64,000 nt of DNA. It comes from an uncultured delta proteobacterium (lineage in GTDB: Bacteria > Desulfobacterota > Syntrophia > Syntrophales > UBA2185). Position numbers and translations under genes: made by a program. Of this stretch, positions 11,883-21,764 are shown one piece after another. The stretch covers positions 608,001-672,000 of the forward strand of contig CAVSPA010000004.1 of assembly GCA_963729715.1 (NCBI GenBank), in the 5' to 3' direction. The notes below the pieces were generated by a model, which was not told the DNA's origin, did no database searches, and was given only the letters and a program-made list of their open reading frames with translations. Position 1 is the first letter of the stretch. Every line of letters starts with the position of its first letter.

Positions 11883-12041
11883 TTTAGCCTCCTTGTGCTG
11901 CTGATTTGAAGTAATAAATAGCATTCAGTGAGGATGACGCACCACGAGATCCTCCAATGCGTTTCTATATTTCGGATTACCGGTAATCTTTCTACTAATG
12001 ATAGTTTTATAACAATGAGGACAGCATTTCAATATGGTATT

Positions 12042-12434
12042 TCAGCTTCGTTCGAAAAACTCCACGATATTTCCATCTGGGTCTTTCACCATCGCGATGC
12101 GCACGCCCTGCCGAATTTCCGTTTCCGGCAATGTAAATTCAATACCCTTACCTTTGAGTTCAGAACATACCTGGGAAATATTCTTTATGACGAAAGTCAC
12201 GTAGCGATATCCCAGTTGATTTTCCAGGCCAATCGTTCCCCGGGGAGGAACAGTCTTGGGTTCGATCAACTTGAAGTCGCTGGTACCGAATCTCAGCCGG
12301 TGCATGGTTCCAAACCATACCGGCGTAATTCCCACAAACTCCAATCCTAGCATATCCTGGTAGAAGTTGAGACTGGCCCTGATGTCACTGACTACTATCC
12401 CCATGTCCAACGAATCTTTCGCGGGAACTATCAT
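12042..12434 (-). CDS. VOC/glyoxalase-family protein
   Basis: SLNFYQDMLGL ... DPDGNIVEF. Confidence 0.88.
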   Translation of the reverse strand: MIVPAKDSLDMGIVVSDIRASLNFYQDMLGLEFVGITPVWFGTMHRLRFGTSDFKLIEPKTVPPRGTIGLENQLGYRYVTFVIKNISQVCSELKGKGIEFTLPETEIRQGVRIAMVKDPDGNIVEFFERS

Positions 12435-12536
12435 TTTGTCGGGCTCCTTTCCTATGTGTTTATGTGACAGAAAAATGCCTTAACTATAATAATACATGTA
12501 CCACATTCTAAATAAGAGTTCTGCCATAGACAGGAA

Positions 12537-12560
12537 AGGGTGGGGAACACCTCCCACCCT
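12537..12560 (-). terminator. Stem-loop downstream of the HU gene
   Basis: AGGGTGGGG/TCCCACCCT inverted repeat; only a short U-tract. Confidence 0.5.
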
Positions 12561-12617
12561 CTCATGTCTCATAAACTATGACTAAATACTTGCAGCTCTT
12601 ATCGTCATAATAATAAA

Positions 12618-12887
12618 TCACTTCACGGCATCTTTCAATGCCTTACCCGCCGTAAACTTGGGGACCTTCTTAGCGGCAATCTTGATCGGTTTGCCGGTCT
12701 GAGGATTTCTTCCTGTTCTGGCAGCTCTTTTAGAAACGGAGAAAGTACCGAAACCGACGAGAGTAACCTTGCCTCCCTTCTTTAACCCTTTCTTGATTGC
12801 ATCAAGGACGGCAGTGACTACATTGGCTGCCTCTGCCTTGCTGCAGGTAGTTTTTGCAACTACGTTGACGAGATCTTCCTTATTCAT
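12618..12887 (-). CDS. hup: DNA-binding protein HU
   Basis: MNKEDLV...[23 protein letters not shown]...[15 protein letters not shown]. Confidence 0.97.
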   Translation of the reverse strand: MNKEDLVNVVAKTTCSKAEAANVVTAVLDAIKKGLKKGGKVTLVGFGTFSVSKRAARTGRNPQTGKPIKIAAKKVPKFTAGKALKDAVK

Positions 12888-13169
12888 TCTTCATCCTCCC
12901 TTCTTATTATTGTAACGCCGCCATGGGCGGCAACATCGATCTCTCAGGATCGATAACACCTTTTATGAATGTATATATAAATTTTGAGCGCAAAAAAAGC
13001 AACATTAAATCGTATCTATGCTAAAAACATTTTTGAGACCCATACAAGCATACGTAGAGTGGGCACCTCCACCATGAAAGAGCAGCCATGAGCCTATCCC
13101 ATGTGCACCCGCCCTTTCTCACATTTGTAGCCGCAGACGCTTCAGACAATCGCCTCATCAGCTTCCGTA

Positions 13170-13724
13170 CTATTTTTTAAGCTTGGTGATTTTCGCGCCT
13201 TCTAAGGTCGCGCCGGCCATGACCCCTTTCTGACCGAACACAAACCCGACAATAGGTTGATTTATTTTAGTCGTGTCCACGGAACCCTCAACGCCGACAT
13301 TAACCGCCGTCACCGTACCGTCGACACCGGCTTGCCAGTTGTCGCTGTTACGGAATTTCTTCAGGGCAGCCTCATCTATGAACAGCAGAATAATGTCCTT
13401 TTGCTGGGCGCCTATCTGAAGGCCGAAAGAAGCTGCTACGATATTATAGTAATCGACGGATTTTCCGTCGATTCTCAAGGCGCCTTCGCCATATTCGCCG
13501 CCGATGATAAAACCGGCCTGCACGACATTAGGGATGACAAGAACACCCTTGGCGGCTTTGAGAAACTCCTGAGCGCCGTTCACCTCCCTGCCAAAGCGAT
13601 CAAGAGCCACATCAACGCTGACATCAATCTCCTTGGCTGTGGCAGCAAAGGTGGTATGTACCGGAAGAAGCCCTATGACTAATAACACAGCAAACATAAT
13701 ATTGGTGCTCGTCCTGATCTCCAT
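13170..13724 (-). CDS. YSC84/SYLF lipid-binding domain protein, exported
   Basis: AKGVLVIP, AGFIIGGEYGEG, SFGLQIGAQ; start MEIRTS follows a GGAGG SD. Confidence 0.85.
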   Translation of the reverse strand: MEIRTSTNIMFAVLLVIGLLPVHTTFAATAKEIDVSVDVALDRFGREVNGAQEFLKAAKGVLVIPNVVQAGFIIGGEYGEGALRIDGKSVDYYNIVAASFGLQIGAQQKDIILLFIDEAALKKFRNSDNWQAGVDGTVTAVNVGVEGSVDTTKINQPIVGFVFGQKGVMAGATLEGAKITKLKK

Positions 13725-14087
13725 TTTAGTTCCTCCTGTTCTCATAGACCTGCAAAGTGGAAACGTCCATGTGCTTTTTTGCACTGGACAAATCTTATTC
13801 CTCTTATGGCTATTTTTCAATTTATAAAAAGACTGATTTGCATGTGCGAAATGCCGCACTCCCTACTCAGGAAAAAGATGCCTCAGGACGATGAGACGTG
13901 CGCTACGGTCGGGCAACCTTGCTATGGTTGGCACTATTTCGATCGCCACGAGGAAAAGACCTCTTTAATATGAATTTATTGAGATGCCGGAAGAATGGCT
14001 GAGTAGAACTTTAGCTTGAAATTTGGCGCATATAGTGGCAGTAGATCAGAAATTTATGAAGTGTGCTCCTGCGTCAGGATCCGATGC

Positions 14088-15311
14088 ATGAAGTATCTTA
14101 CCATCAACAACGAAAAAAAAATTGTCCTATTTACCTTTACGGCTCACTTCCTGTTCCATTTCTACGAACTGGTCTTTCCCGCATTGGCGATTCCTCTCGT
14201 CCTTTCATTGAATATGAATCTCGAAGAAGTTTTGAAGCTGGGTTTCCCCATGTACCTTAGTTTCGGCCTCTTTTCCCTGCCCTGGGGTTTTTTCGCCGAC
14301 CGTTTCGGCAACAGGATTGCTCTTATCATCTGCTTCTTCGGTACCGGCATCGGGGCTATTATGACAGTCCTTGCAACATCTTCCTTACAAATCATGCTGT
14401 CATTGGCCGTGATCGGCATCTTCGCGGGCATTTGTCATCCCGCAGGCATGGGTCTCATCTCCTTGGGCGTGAAGAATCGCGGGATGGCCCTGGGGATCAA
14501 CGCCATTGCCGGGAGTATCGGTCTCACGGCCGCACCTTTTCTGGCGGGCTTGCTCAACTGGATGGCGGGATGGAAAGCGGCGTACCTTGCCGCTGCCGTG
14601 TTTGCAATCTTCTGGGGCATTGTGATGTTGTTTGCCAAAATCGACGAAACCCCGCTCGTCCATACGCACGAAGTGAACCCGACTTTCAAGAAAGGCTACC
14701 GATCTTACCTCTCATCTATCATCCTTTTTTTCGCGATCGTCACCCTGGGAGGTTTCACCTATCGAATAAACATCGTCGTGCTCCCTGCATACCTCGAGTG
14801 GAAGGCATCTTTTCTTTCCGACTTGCTTCATTTTCAGGCGCCGGCGGCAATCACGATGGCTGCCGGCATACTGACATCGGTTATCTATATAGTCGGGATC
14901 GGCGGTCAACTATTTGGCGGGAAGCTGGCAGACCGCTTTGAGCTGCGCCGTCTGTACCTTGTATTCAATGTCGTGAGCCTACCCTTCGTGATCATGATGG
15001 CATACGGGACGGAAGAGTTCCTTTTCGTTGCCTCCGCTCTCTACGTCTTTTTTGCGTTAGGCATCCAACCCATCGAGAACAGCCTGATCGCCAAATTTAC
15101 GCCCCTGCGGTGGCGCAGCACCGGCTATGGTTTAGCGTCCGTTTTAATTTTTGGAGTTGGCTCCCTCTCGATCTATCTGGTCGGCTGGGTGAAGGATACA
15201 TGGCATCTCGGTTTCATCTATATCTTCTCCGGCATCATGATCATCATGATTATTGCGGGAATCTTGCTCCTGGTGCGGATCACGCAGGATGTCTCTTTTA
15301 AGAACTTTTGA
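14088..15311 (+). CDS. MFS transporter
   Basis: About 12 TM segments; motif A-like GFFADRFGNR and GKLADRF. Confidence 0.88.
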   Translation: MKYLTINNEKKIVLFTFTAHFLFHFYELVFPALAIPLVLSLNMNLEEVLKLGFPMYLSFGLFSLPWGFFADRFGNRIALIICFFGTGIGAIMTVLATSSLQIMLSLAVIGIFAGICHPAGMGLISLGVKNRGMALGINAIAGSIGLTAAPFLAGLLNWMAGWKAAYLAAAVFAIFWGIVMLFAKIDETPLVHTHEVNPTFKKGYRSYLSSIILFFAIVTLGGFTYRINIVVLPAYLEWKASFLSDLLHFQAPAAITMAAGILTSVIYIVGIGGQLFGGKLADRFELRRLYLVFNVVSLPFVIMMAYGTEEFLFVASALYVFFALGIQPIENSLIAKFTPLRWRSTGYGLASVLIFGVGSLSIYLVGWVKDTWHLGFIYIFSGIMIIMIIAGILLLVRITQDVSFKNF

Positions 15312-15526
15312 CCATCGGATAGTATATGCTGGAATATCCTGCCAATCATGGCATTAGCTTCTTGATGCAATTTCGCTTTTTCTATGTTAACCTTTGCTAT
15401 TAAATTAAGGAGTCATGAATGACATCGATTATCAGCAGATCAGCCCACAGAGCCGGCCCCGCGGGCAGTGGAGGGATTGACAATCAACCCAAGTGCACAG
15501 CGCCAAGTTAATGCGGGAGGCCGATA

Positions 15527-16975
15527 ATGACCCGTGCCCATCTTGAACGAAGTGCCAAGGGGAGCAGATTGCATAAAATTATAGCTCTCGTCCTGCTTAT
15601 CTTAGCGTGCGCGCTTGCCATAGCATTTCAGAGAATGGCAGAAGGTCACAGAGTCATCCCTGTGGAAACATATATGCTCGCGCCTTTCGTCCTCCTTCTC
15701 CTTGCCATAGCCATTGTGCCTTTTATAAGCAGCGACTGGTGGGGAAGGTATTATCCGCATGTTTCCTTCGTCCTCGCAACGACAGTTGTGGTCTACTATT
15801 TATTCATCCTCAATAACGGCCCCAGAATGTGCGTGACCGCACTCGACTATTTCAGCTTCATGGCAATTACGGGCTCGCTGTTCGTAGTGTCCGGCGGAAT
15901 CGTGATAAGGATACCCGGAGGGGCGACGCCCTTATCCAACACGCTGATGCTGCTCATAGGATCGACTATCACGGCAGTATTCAGCAACACTGGTGCATCG
16001 ATGATTCTTATCAGACCCTACCTGCGAATGAACAAGGGACGTCTCTCTGCATACCACGTTGTCTTCTTCATCTTTACCGTATCGAACATAGGAGGGCTCC
16101 TGACTCCCGTAGGGCCACCCCTATTTCTCGGTTACTTGAAAGGAGTGCCCTTTTTCTGGGTCACGGCCCACTTGTGGCTTATCTGGGTGTTCGAAACCGC
16201 CCTCATCCTTGCCGTGTTTTATCTCATGGACAGGCACTTCTACAATAAGGCCAAGCATACCATGGCGCCTGTTGCAAAAAAGACGAAAGAACATTTTTCC
16301 GTGAAAGGTTGGCACCACAGCATCTTCATTGCAGTCATCCTCGCGGCCGTATTTCTGGAGACACCTGTCCGTGAAATAGTAATGATCGCGGCTGGTTTTT
16401 TGAGTTATGTCGTGATGCAGGAAGAAGTTCACAAAGAGAACGAATTCAACTTCATCCCCGTAAAGGAGGTCGGGATCCTGTTCTTCGGCATATTTGCAAC
16501 GATGGTGCCTGTCCTCGACTGGCTGGAGCTGAATGCGGGGAGGGTCGGGCTTACCGAGCCGGGCCAGTTCTACTGGGCATCGGGCATTCTGTCCAGTTTC
16601 CTCGATAACGCCCCTACTTATCTGAACTTCCTGAGCGCCGCCTGCGGGCTTCACGGCCTCAGTGTCGACAACGTCGCCCATGTGAAGGCCATGCTCGGAC
16701 TCTTGCCCATCGATGAACTGGCTAAACTCCAGATAGCCGCCGACGCCCCGCGCTTACTCAACAATCTCTCCTGGAAGTATGTGGCGGCCACAGCCGCAGG
16801 GTCGGCAACATTCGGAGCGTGCACTTACATAGGAAACGGTCCCAACTTCATGGTCAAGTCGATAGCAGAACAGGCCCACGTAAAGATGCCGAGCTTCGTG
16901 GGCTATATGGTCAAGTACTCGATCCCGATCCTGGTCCCGATTTTTACGCTCGTCTGGTACCTCTTCTATTACTGA
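15527..16975 (+). CDS. Putative sodium:proton antiporter / ion-transporter superfamily (CitMHS_2-like)
   Basis: GASMILIRP, SNIGGLLTPVGPPLFLGYLKGVPF, LSSFLDNAPTY, YIGNGPNFMVKSIAE. Confidence 0.82.
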   Translation: MTRAHLERSAKGSRLHKIIALVLLILACALAIAFQRMAEGHRVIPVETYMLAPFVLLLLAIAIVPFISSDWWGRYYPHVSFVLATTVVVYYLFILNNGPRMCVTALDYFSFMAITGSLFVVSGGIVIRIPGGATPLSNTLMLLIGSTITAVFSNTGASMILIRPYLRMNKGRLSAYHVVFFIFTVSNIGGLLTPVGPPLFLGYLKGVPFFWVTAHLWLIWVFETALILAVFYLMDRHFYNKAKHTMAPVAKKTKEHFSVKGWHHSIFIAVILAAVFLETPVREIVMIAAGFLSYVVMQEEVHKENEFNFIPVKEVGILFFGIFATMVPVLDWLELNAGRVGLTEPGQFYWASGILSSFLDNAPTYLNFLSAACGLHGLSVDNVAHVKAMLGLLPIDELAKLQIAADAPRLLNNLSWKYVAATAAGSATFGACTYIGNGPNFMVKSIAEQAHVKMPSFVGYMVKYSIPILVPIFTLVWYLFYY

Positions 16976-17020
16976 TAAGCGCAGGCAACCACGTCTCGAA
17001 GTCAGTACCCTGTCTTCCTC

Positions 17021-18700
17021 CTATCGGAACTGCTCAGGCACCTTATACAAGCCGCCCGACCATGCCACAAGATCATCCATAGATCGGGCTGCAAGGAGAG
17101 AAGTATTCGCCTGAGCTACATCGATCCCCAGGTCCTCCGGTGTCTGAACGACCTTACGCTTTCTTAAATCTGCCGTCTCGTCCGCTTTTGCCGCCTTGCC
17201 GAGGTCAGTGTCGCCGGCGACGGCCTTTATGGCAGCCTCTCTCTCCGCGAGTGTGGCGCACTTGTGGAGATGGGCGATTCCTTTTTCGCTGACAATCTGT
17301 GTGACCGCGTCGCCGTAAATCATGACCGGCGGCACTTTAAGACCGGCCCGCTTCATCAGATCCCAAGCATCAAGTTTGTCAACGAAGCACTGTATGCCCT
17401 TCGGTCCACGGGTCTCCAGGATCTGGACGACGAGTTTACGGCCCCGGGCCATATCGCCGATGAGTCCTGCACGCATGCCGCTCTCCTTTCCTACCTTGAC
17501 CCACGCTTCGCTGGAATGGCGCCTGCCTGGTGAGTCACAGCCCATATTGGGTGCGCCCCCGAATCCGGCGATGCGGTCGGCAACTGCCGTGGAGCTGTTT
17601 CCATACCGGTCGATCTGAAGTGTGGAGCCCACGAAGGCGTCCACTGCATAGTGCCCGACAGCCTGACAGAAGGCCCGGTTCGACCGGAGATTGCCGTCCG
17701 GTCCCACAAAGAAGATATCCGAACGCGATGAGACATAATCCTCTGTACCCACCTCGGAACCAAAGGAATGTATCGATTCCACAAAGCCCGACTCAATTGC
17801 CGGAATCATAGTGGGGTGGGGATTGAGGGCCCAGTGTGTGCATATCTTGCCCTTGAGACCGAGCTCTGTGGCATAGGTGGGAAGAAGGAGCTCGACCGCA
17901 GCTGTGGCAAACCCGATCCCGTGATTGAGAGAACGCAGTCCGTATTCCGCATAAATCCCCTTGATCACCATCATGGCCGTGAGGATATGTACGTCCCTGA
18001 TTTGCGCCGGGTTACGGGTGAACAGGGGCTCGACATAGCACGGCTTTCCCGTAGGGACAACGAAATCCACCCAGCCGCCGGGAATGTCGATCCGGGGCAG
18101 CTTGCTTGTAACCTTCTCCACCTGCGCCACAACTATGCCCTGTTTGAACCGTGTCGCCTCGACGATGGCTGGCGTGTCCTCCGTGTTGGGACCTGTGTAG
18201 AGGTTGCCGTTCTTGTCCGCCATGACACCCACTACAAGGGCGACTTGCGGCGTGAGATCGAGAAAATACCGCGCGAAAAGTTCGAGATAGGTATGAATCT
18301 CCCCGATCTGCATCTTCCCTTCATGCACAAGCTTTGTTACCTGCACAGCTTGCGGACCGGAGAATGAGAAATCGACCTTCGTCGCGATCCCGCGGACGAA
18401 CAACTCGCAATGCGCAGGGAGGGCGATAACCGACTGCACCATGTGAAGCCCGTTCACCTTCGCAGGATTGACCTTGCAGAGACAGTCAGCGAGATACTCG
18501 GCCTGTTTCTGATTGTTCCCTTCGAGGGCCACACGGTCTCCGGGACGGATGATCGTCTCGAGGAGGGCAACGACGCGGGAGGGCTCTACAATCTTGCCTT
18601 TGCCTCCTTCCGTCAGCGCCTTCGCCTTGGCCGTCCGGGCTTTGTATTCCTTCTTGCGGGATTCCCAGTCTTCTCTCGCGTGTATAATCTGTGCTCCCAT
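17021..18700 (-). CDS. mdcA: Malonate decarboxylase alpha subunit (acetyl-S-ACP:malonate ACP transferase)
   Basis: GDRVALEGNNQKQA, IHTYLEL, GPNTEDTP, LNHGIGF, GFGGAPNMG, PVMIYGD, WSGGLY. Confidence 0.93.
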   Translation of the reverse strand: MGAQIIHAREDWESRKKEYKARTAKAKALTEGGKGKIVEPSRVVALLETIIRPGDRVALEGNNQKQAEYLADCLCKVNPAKVNGLHMVQSVIALPAHCELFVRGIATKVDFSFSGPQAVQVTKLVHEGKMQIGEIHTYLELFARYFLDLTPQVALVVGVMADKNGNLYTGPNTEDTPAIVEATRFKQGIVVAQVEKVTSKLPRIDIPGGWVDFVVPTGKPCYVEPLFTRNPAQIRDVHILTAMMVIKGIYAEYGLRSLNHGIGFATAAVELLLPTYATELGLKGKICTHWALNPHPTMIPAIESGFVESIHSFGSEVGTEDYVSSRSDIFFVGPDGNLRSNRAFCQAVGHYAVDAFVGSTLQIDRYGNSSTAVADRIAGFGGAPNMGCDSPGRRHSSEAWVKVGKESGMRAGLIGDMARGRKLVVQILETRGPKGIQCFVDKLDAWDLMKRAGLKVPPVMIYGDAVTQIVSEKGIAHLHKCATLAEREAAIKAVAGDTDLGKAAKADETADLRKRKVVQTPEDLGIDVAQANTSLLAARSMDDLVAWSGGLYKVPEQFR

Positions 18701-18719
18701 AAATTCACCTCCGGGATGT

Positions 18720-18762
18720 AAAAAAAATGGTGCCCCGCTCCCAATGTGCGGGACACCATTTT
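18720..18762 (-). terminator. Intrinsic terminator between the symporter gene and mdcA
   Basis: Minus strand ATGGTGTCCCGC-loop-GCGGGGCACCAT followed by a long T run. Confidence 0.7.
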
Positions 18763-18780
18763 CATTTTAACAACACATAA

Positions 18781-20310
18781 CTAGCTCGCCTTTGTGTGGA
18801 AGACGTGATCGAGATGCACCTTGTCGGGCATATCGCTCGCCGTTATCTTGCAGATGACGATATAAGCGATGAGGGATACGATGAAGCCCGGTATAATTTC
18901 GTGGATGTCCTTCATCCCGGGAAGATAAAAACGCAGACCGAAGCGCCAGATTACGGTAGTTGCGATACCGATGATCATCGAATAGAAGGCGCCCTTCCCT
19001 GTTCCCCACCGCAGGAAGAGGCCGCCGAATACGGCCGGGAAGAAGCCTGCCGTAAATACGGCCCCCGAAAAGGCCGTCAGCTCCACGATACCAGCAGGGG
19101 GGTAGAGTGTAAGAACAAAGACGATGAGGCTGTAGAGCCACATTATCCTTTTCGTATAAACAACCTGCGCCTTTGGCTCCAGAGGTTTTACAACTTTCCA
19201 GATGTCGCCCACGAAGGCTGTGCCGACTATGATCGATACAGCGGCGTAGGAAGACATGCCCGCCGCAAAGAGACCGGCCATGACGATCCCTGTTATCCAG
19301 GGACTTCCGTATTTCACCAGCATGAATCCGACAACTTCATCCGTGTGTCTGATTAGATAGGCAGATTCCTGGTCCGTAGCCATCCCATGAACGAGGGCGC
19401 CGACCGCGAAGACACAGGCCAGGGAAATGCCGAGGAAGAGCGGGGTAGCTATCATGGCGAACTTCATGCTTTTCGCGTTGTCGATGGAGTAGAAGCGGAT
19501 CAGGCAGCGGGGTTCCGCTATCTGTTTCATACCGACGGCAAGGCCGATACTGGTAATGTATGCGAAAGACACGAGGGTGCAAAAGGTCATGAGGCCGTTT
19601 CCTATGGGCTGGCCCTTTGCCGTCAGGTGCGTCGTGTGGGCGACGCTGTTCATGAGAGGTTCCCAGCCGCCCACGTACATAGCCGGAATCATGACCATGA
19701 GAATCGCCACAAAGAACATGATGAGACCCTGCACGGCGTCAGTCCATAAGACGCTGTACATTCCGCCCATGACTGAGTAGAGGGTCGTGATAAAGATAAC
19801 CAGGAATGCACCCCACGCATAAGGTATACCGAGTGTGGAAGTCAACAGATGGGCGCAACCCTTGGCAATAGCCGCCATGTACCAGAGAGTGGCGAAGATG
19901 ATGATGACGGCGGAGAAAATCCTGATGGCCTTCGAATATGTGCTCTTGTAGCGGAAGTCAAAATAATCCGGAATTGTGACAGAGCTCAGCTTGGCTGTCT
20001 GTACCCTCATCCTCGGACCCAGGAGGAGCCAGGAGATCATGCAGAAGACCGTCCAGTAGAGGCCGACCCACGCCCAGGATAGACCCGCCTGAAACGAGAA
20101 CCCCGCCTGCCCGATGTATGTATTTGTGCTGATGAATGTAGAAAAAAAGGCGAGGGAAATGGCCCAGCCGGGTATTGACCTTTTGGCGACATAAAAGGCA
20201 TCGACGCCCTCAGCCGCTCTCTTCTTAAACCACTGGCCTATTCCCAGGCAGAACCCGGTATAGAGAATCATGATGGCTAATATTACCCAATGTTTCGCTA
20301 AGTATTCCAT
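18781..20310 (-). CDS. Sodium:solute symporter (SSS; PanF/PutP-like)
   Basis: FYVAKRSIPGW, TIPDYFDFRY, GGMYSVLWTDAVQG, AAGMSS; about 13 TM segments. Confidence 0.92.
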   Translation of the reverse strand: MEYLAKHWVILAIMILYTGFCLGIGQWFKKRAAEGVDAFYVAKRSIPGWAISLAFFSTFISTNTYIGQAGFSFQAGLSWAWVGLYWTVFCMISWLLLGPRMRVQTAKLSSVTIPDYFDFRYKSTYSKAIRIFSAVIIIFATLWYMAAIAKGCAHLLTSTLGIPYAWGAFLVIFITTLYSVMGGMYSVLWTDAVQGLIMFFVAILMVMIPAMYVGGWEPLMNSVAHTTHLTAKGQPIGNGLMTFCTLVSFAYITSIGLAVGMKQIAEPRCLIRFYSIDNAKSMKFAMIATPLFLGISLACVFAVGALVHGMATDQESAYLIRHTDEVVGFMLVKYGSPWITGIVMAGLFAAGMSSYAAVSIIVGTAFVGDIWKVVKPLEPKAQVVYTKRIMWLYSLIVFVLTLYPPAGIVELTAFSGAVFTAGFFPAVFGGLFLRWGTGKGAFYSMIIGIATTVIWRFGLRFYLPGMKDIHEIIPGFIVSLIAYIVICKITASDMPDKVHLDHVFHTKAS

Positions 20311-20398
20311 ATGACTGTTCTCCTTTTAAATTAAAAAACAACGCAGGTATAAACGACCACCTATCGGGCAGGCAGTCGCAATTCCGTAACATTGCGGA

Positions 20399-20539
20399 TC
20401 AGCCGACACTACACGAGCCTCCCTTTTCGTCACCTTCTTCTTCGCCGTGAATCACGATTTTCATTCTTGACACGACGATCGCATTGATGACGGCAAGAAG
20501 GATGATCCCCCAATAAGCCATGCCTGTCATAAAATCCAT
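20399..20539 (-). CDS. 46-aa single-TM protein, likely symporter accessory subunit
   Basis: Hand translation MDFMTGMAYWGIILLAVINAIVVSRMKIVIHGEEEGDEKGGSCSVG*; AAGGGGG SD upstream; lies directly before the SSS gene. Confidence 0.72.
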   Translation of the reverse strand: MDFMTGMAYWGIILLAVINAIVVSRMKIVIHGEEEGDEKGGSCSVG

Positions 20540-20620
20540 AACCGCACCCCCTTAGTAAGATTAATTATTATCTATAAAGCTTCAATTCCTCGAAACCCGC
20601 TTCTACCTCTGTTCCGACCT

Positions 20621-21187
20621 CTATTCCCGCGAATAGACACCCATCAGCGCGCCTTCCGCCAGGATATGGCCTTTCATGGCCTCAACGAGCTCCTCCTTTT
20701 TTGCACCTGCCTTCAGATTTGTCAGGCCGTCGAGGGCATAAACCCTGAAGAAGAAGCGATGCTCGCCTGCCGGCAAACATGGGCCGAAATAGCCCACCTG
20801 ATCGAAGTCGTTCTTGCCCTGCCTGGCGCCGAAATCAAGTTCTCCCGTCTTTGCCACGGCTTGAGGCAGATTCGTCATGTTGGCGGGAATATCAAAGATC
20901 ACCCACTGCACCCAGTTACCACTCGGGGCGTCGGGTGTTTCGCAGATGATGGCAAAAGACTTTGTGCCTGTCGGGGCGTTTTTCCACTCCAAGGGAGGCG
21001 ATATGTCTACGTCGTCGCACGTATACTTGTCTGACATCGACTTCGCGTTACCGAAGCCCGTGCTTATTACCTCCAAGGCAACACCCTTCTTTGCATCTCC
21101 GCCTGACTTGGAGCATGAGACGAAGATCATAAGAATCAATATCATCACAATCATCACACGGGAAACGAAAGGTTCCTTGAAATGCAT
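20621..21187 (-). CDS. YbhB/YbcL (PEBP) family lipoprotein
   Basis: YTCDDVDISPPLEW, PDAP, GKNDF..GYFGPC, HRFFFRVYALD; lipobox FVSC. Confidence 0.9.
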   Translation of the reverse strand: MHFKEPFVSRVMIVMILILMIFVSCSKSGGDAKKGVALEVISTGFGNAKSMSDKYTCDDVDISPPLEWKNAPTGTKSFAIICETPDAPSGNWVQWVIFDIPANMTNLPQAVAKTGELDFGARQGKNDFDQVGYFGPCLPAGEHRFFFRVYALDGLTNLKAGAKKEELVEAMKGHILAEGALMGVYSRE

Positions 21188-21764
21188 CTGTCACTTACCT
21201 GCCTTTATAGTTATTGTGTTAGTGTTGAGATATACGCTGATACGAACCGGAACGATTATCATCATGACGGCACCTGCCTTCTTGCTGCAGCGGCTTTTCC
21301 ATTGACAACGAATTATGACTACCGCATCTAACTGCCGACAAACGGGAGAAGATGCTTTTTCAAGGATAAGGCGAGATATTTTCGTATATCAATATTTCCA
21401 TCCCGAATCAAGTGCGAAAAAGAGATTTAATCACCACATATACTGAAAGAGGCGACGAGCTGAAGTCTCTATTTCGCCCTCTTGAGCCAAGACACGGCAA
21501 AAAATTTTGCAGGCATCATGGCGCCTCAGCTGCAAGATTAAAAAACTTTAAATTAGTCATAAAGTTAGCTGGGCAGATCGCCGATAATATGATAAAGGAT
21601 GGCAGCTAATTATGAGAATGCAACTTACGGTTCGACAGGAAGTCGATACGTAGTTGCATATCTTCATGTTTCACATGGTATTTGAGACCTCTAGGTCTCC
21701 GCGGCTGTATCATCGGCGGTCGTTATGCTCTTACTGAAAAACCGGAGTCATTGAGGAAATCTCT

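Noticed and set aside
21612..21725. c-di-GMP-I riboswitch upstream of the cyclase
   Set aside because: The GEMM hallmarks (GGCAAA..GAAA tetraloop..GACGCAAAGC) are absent; kept only as an unnamed structured leader.
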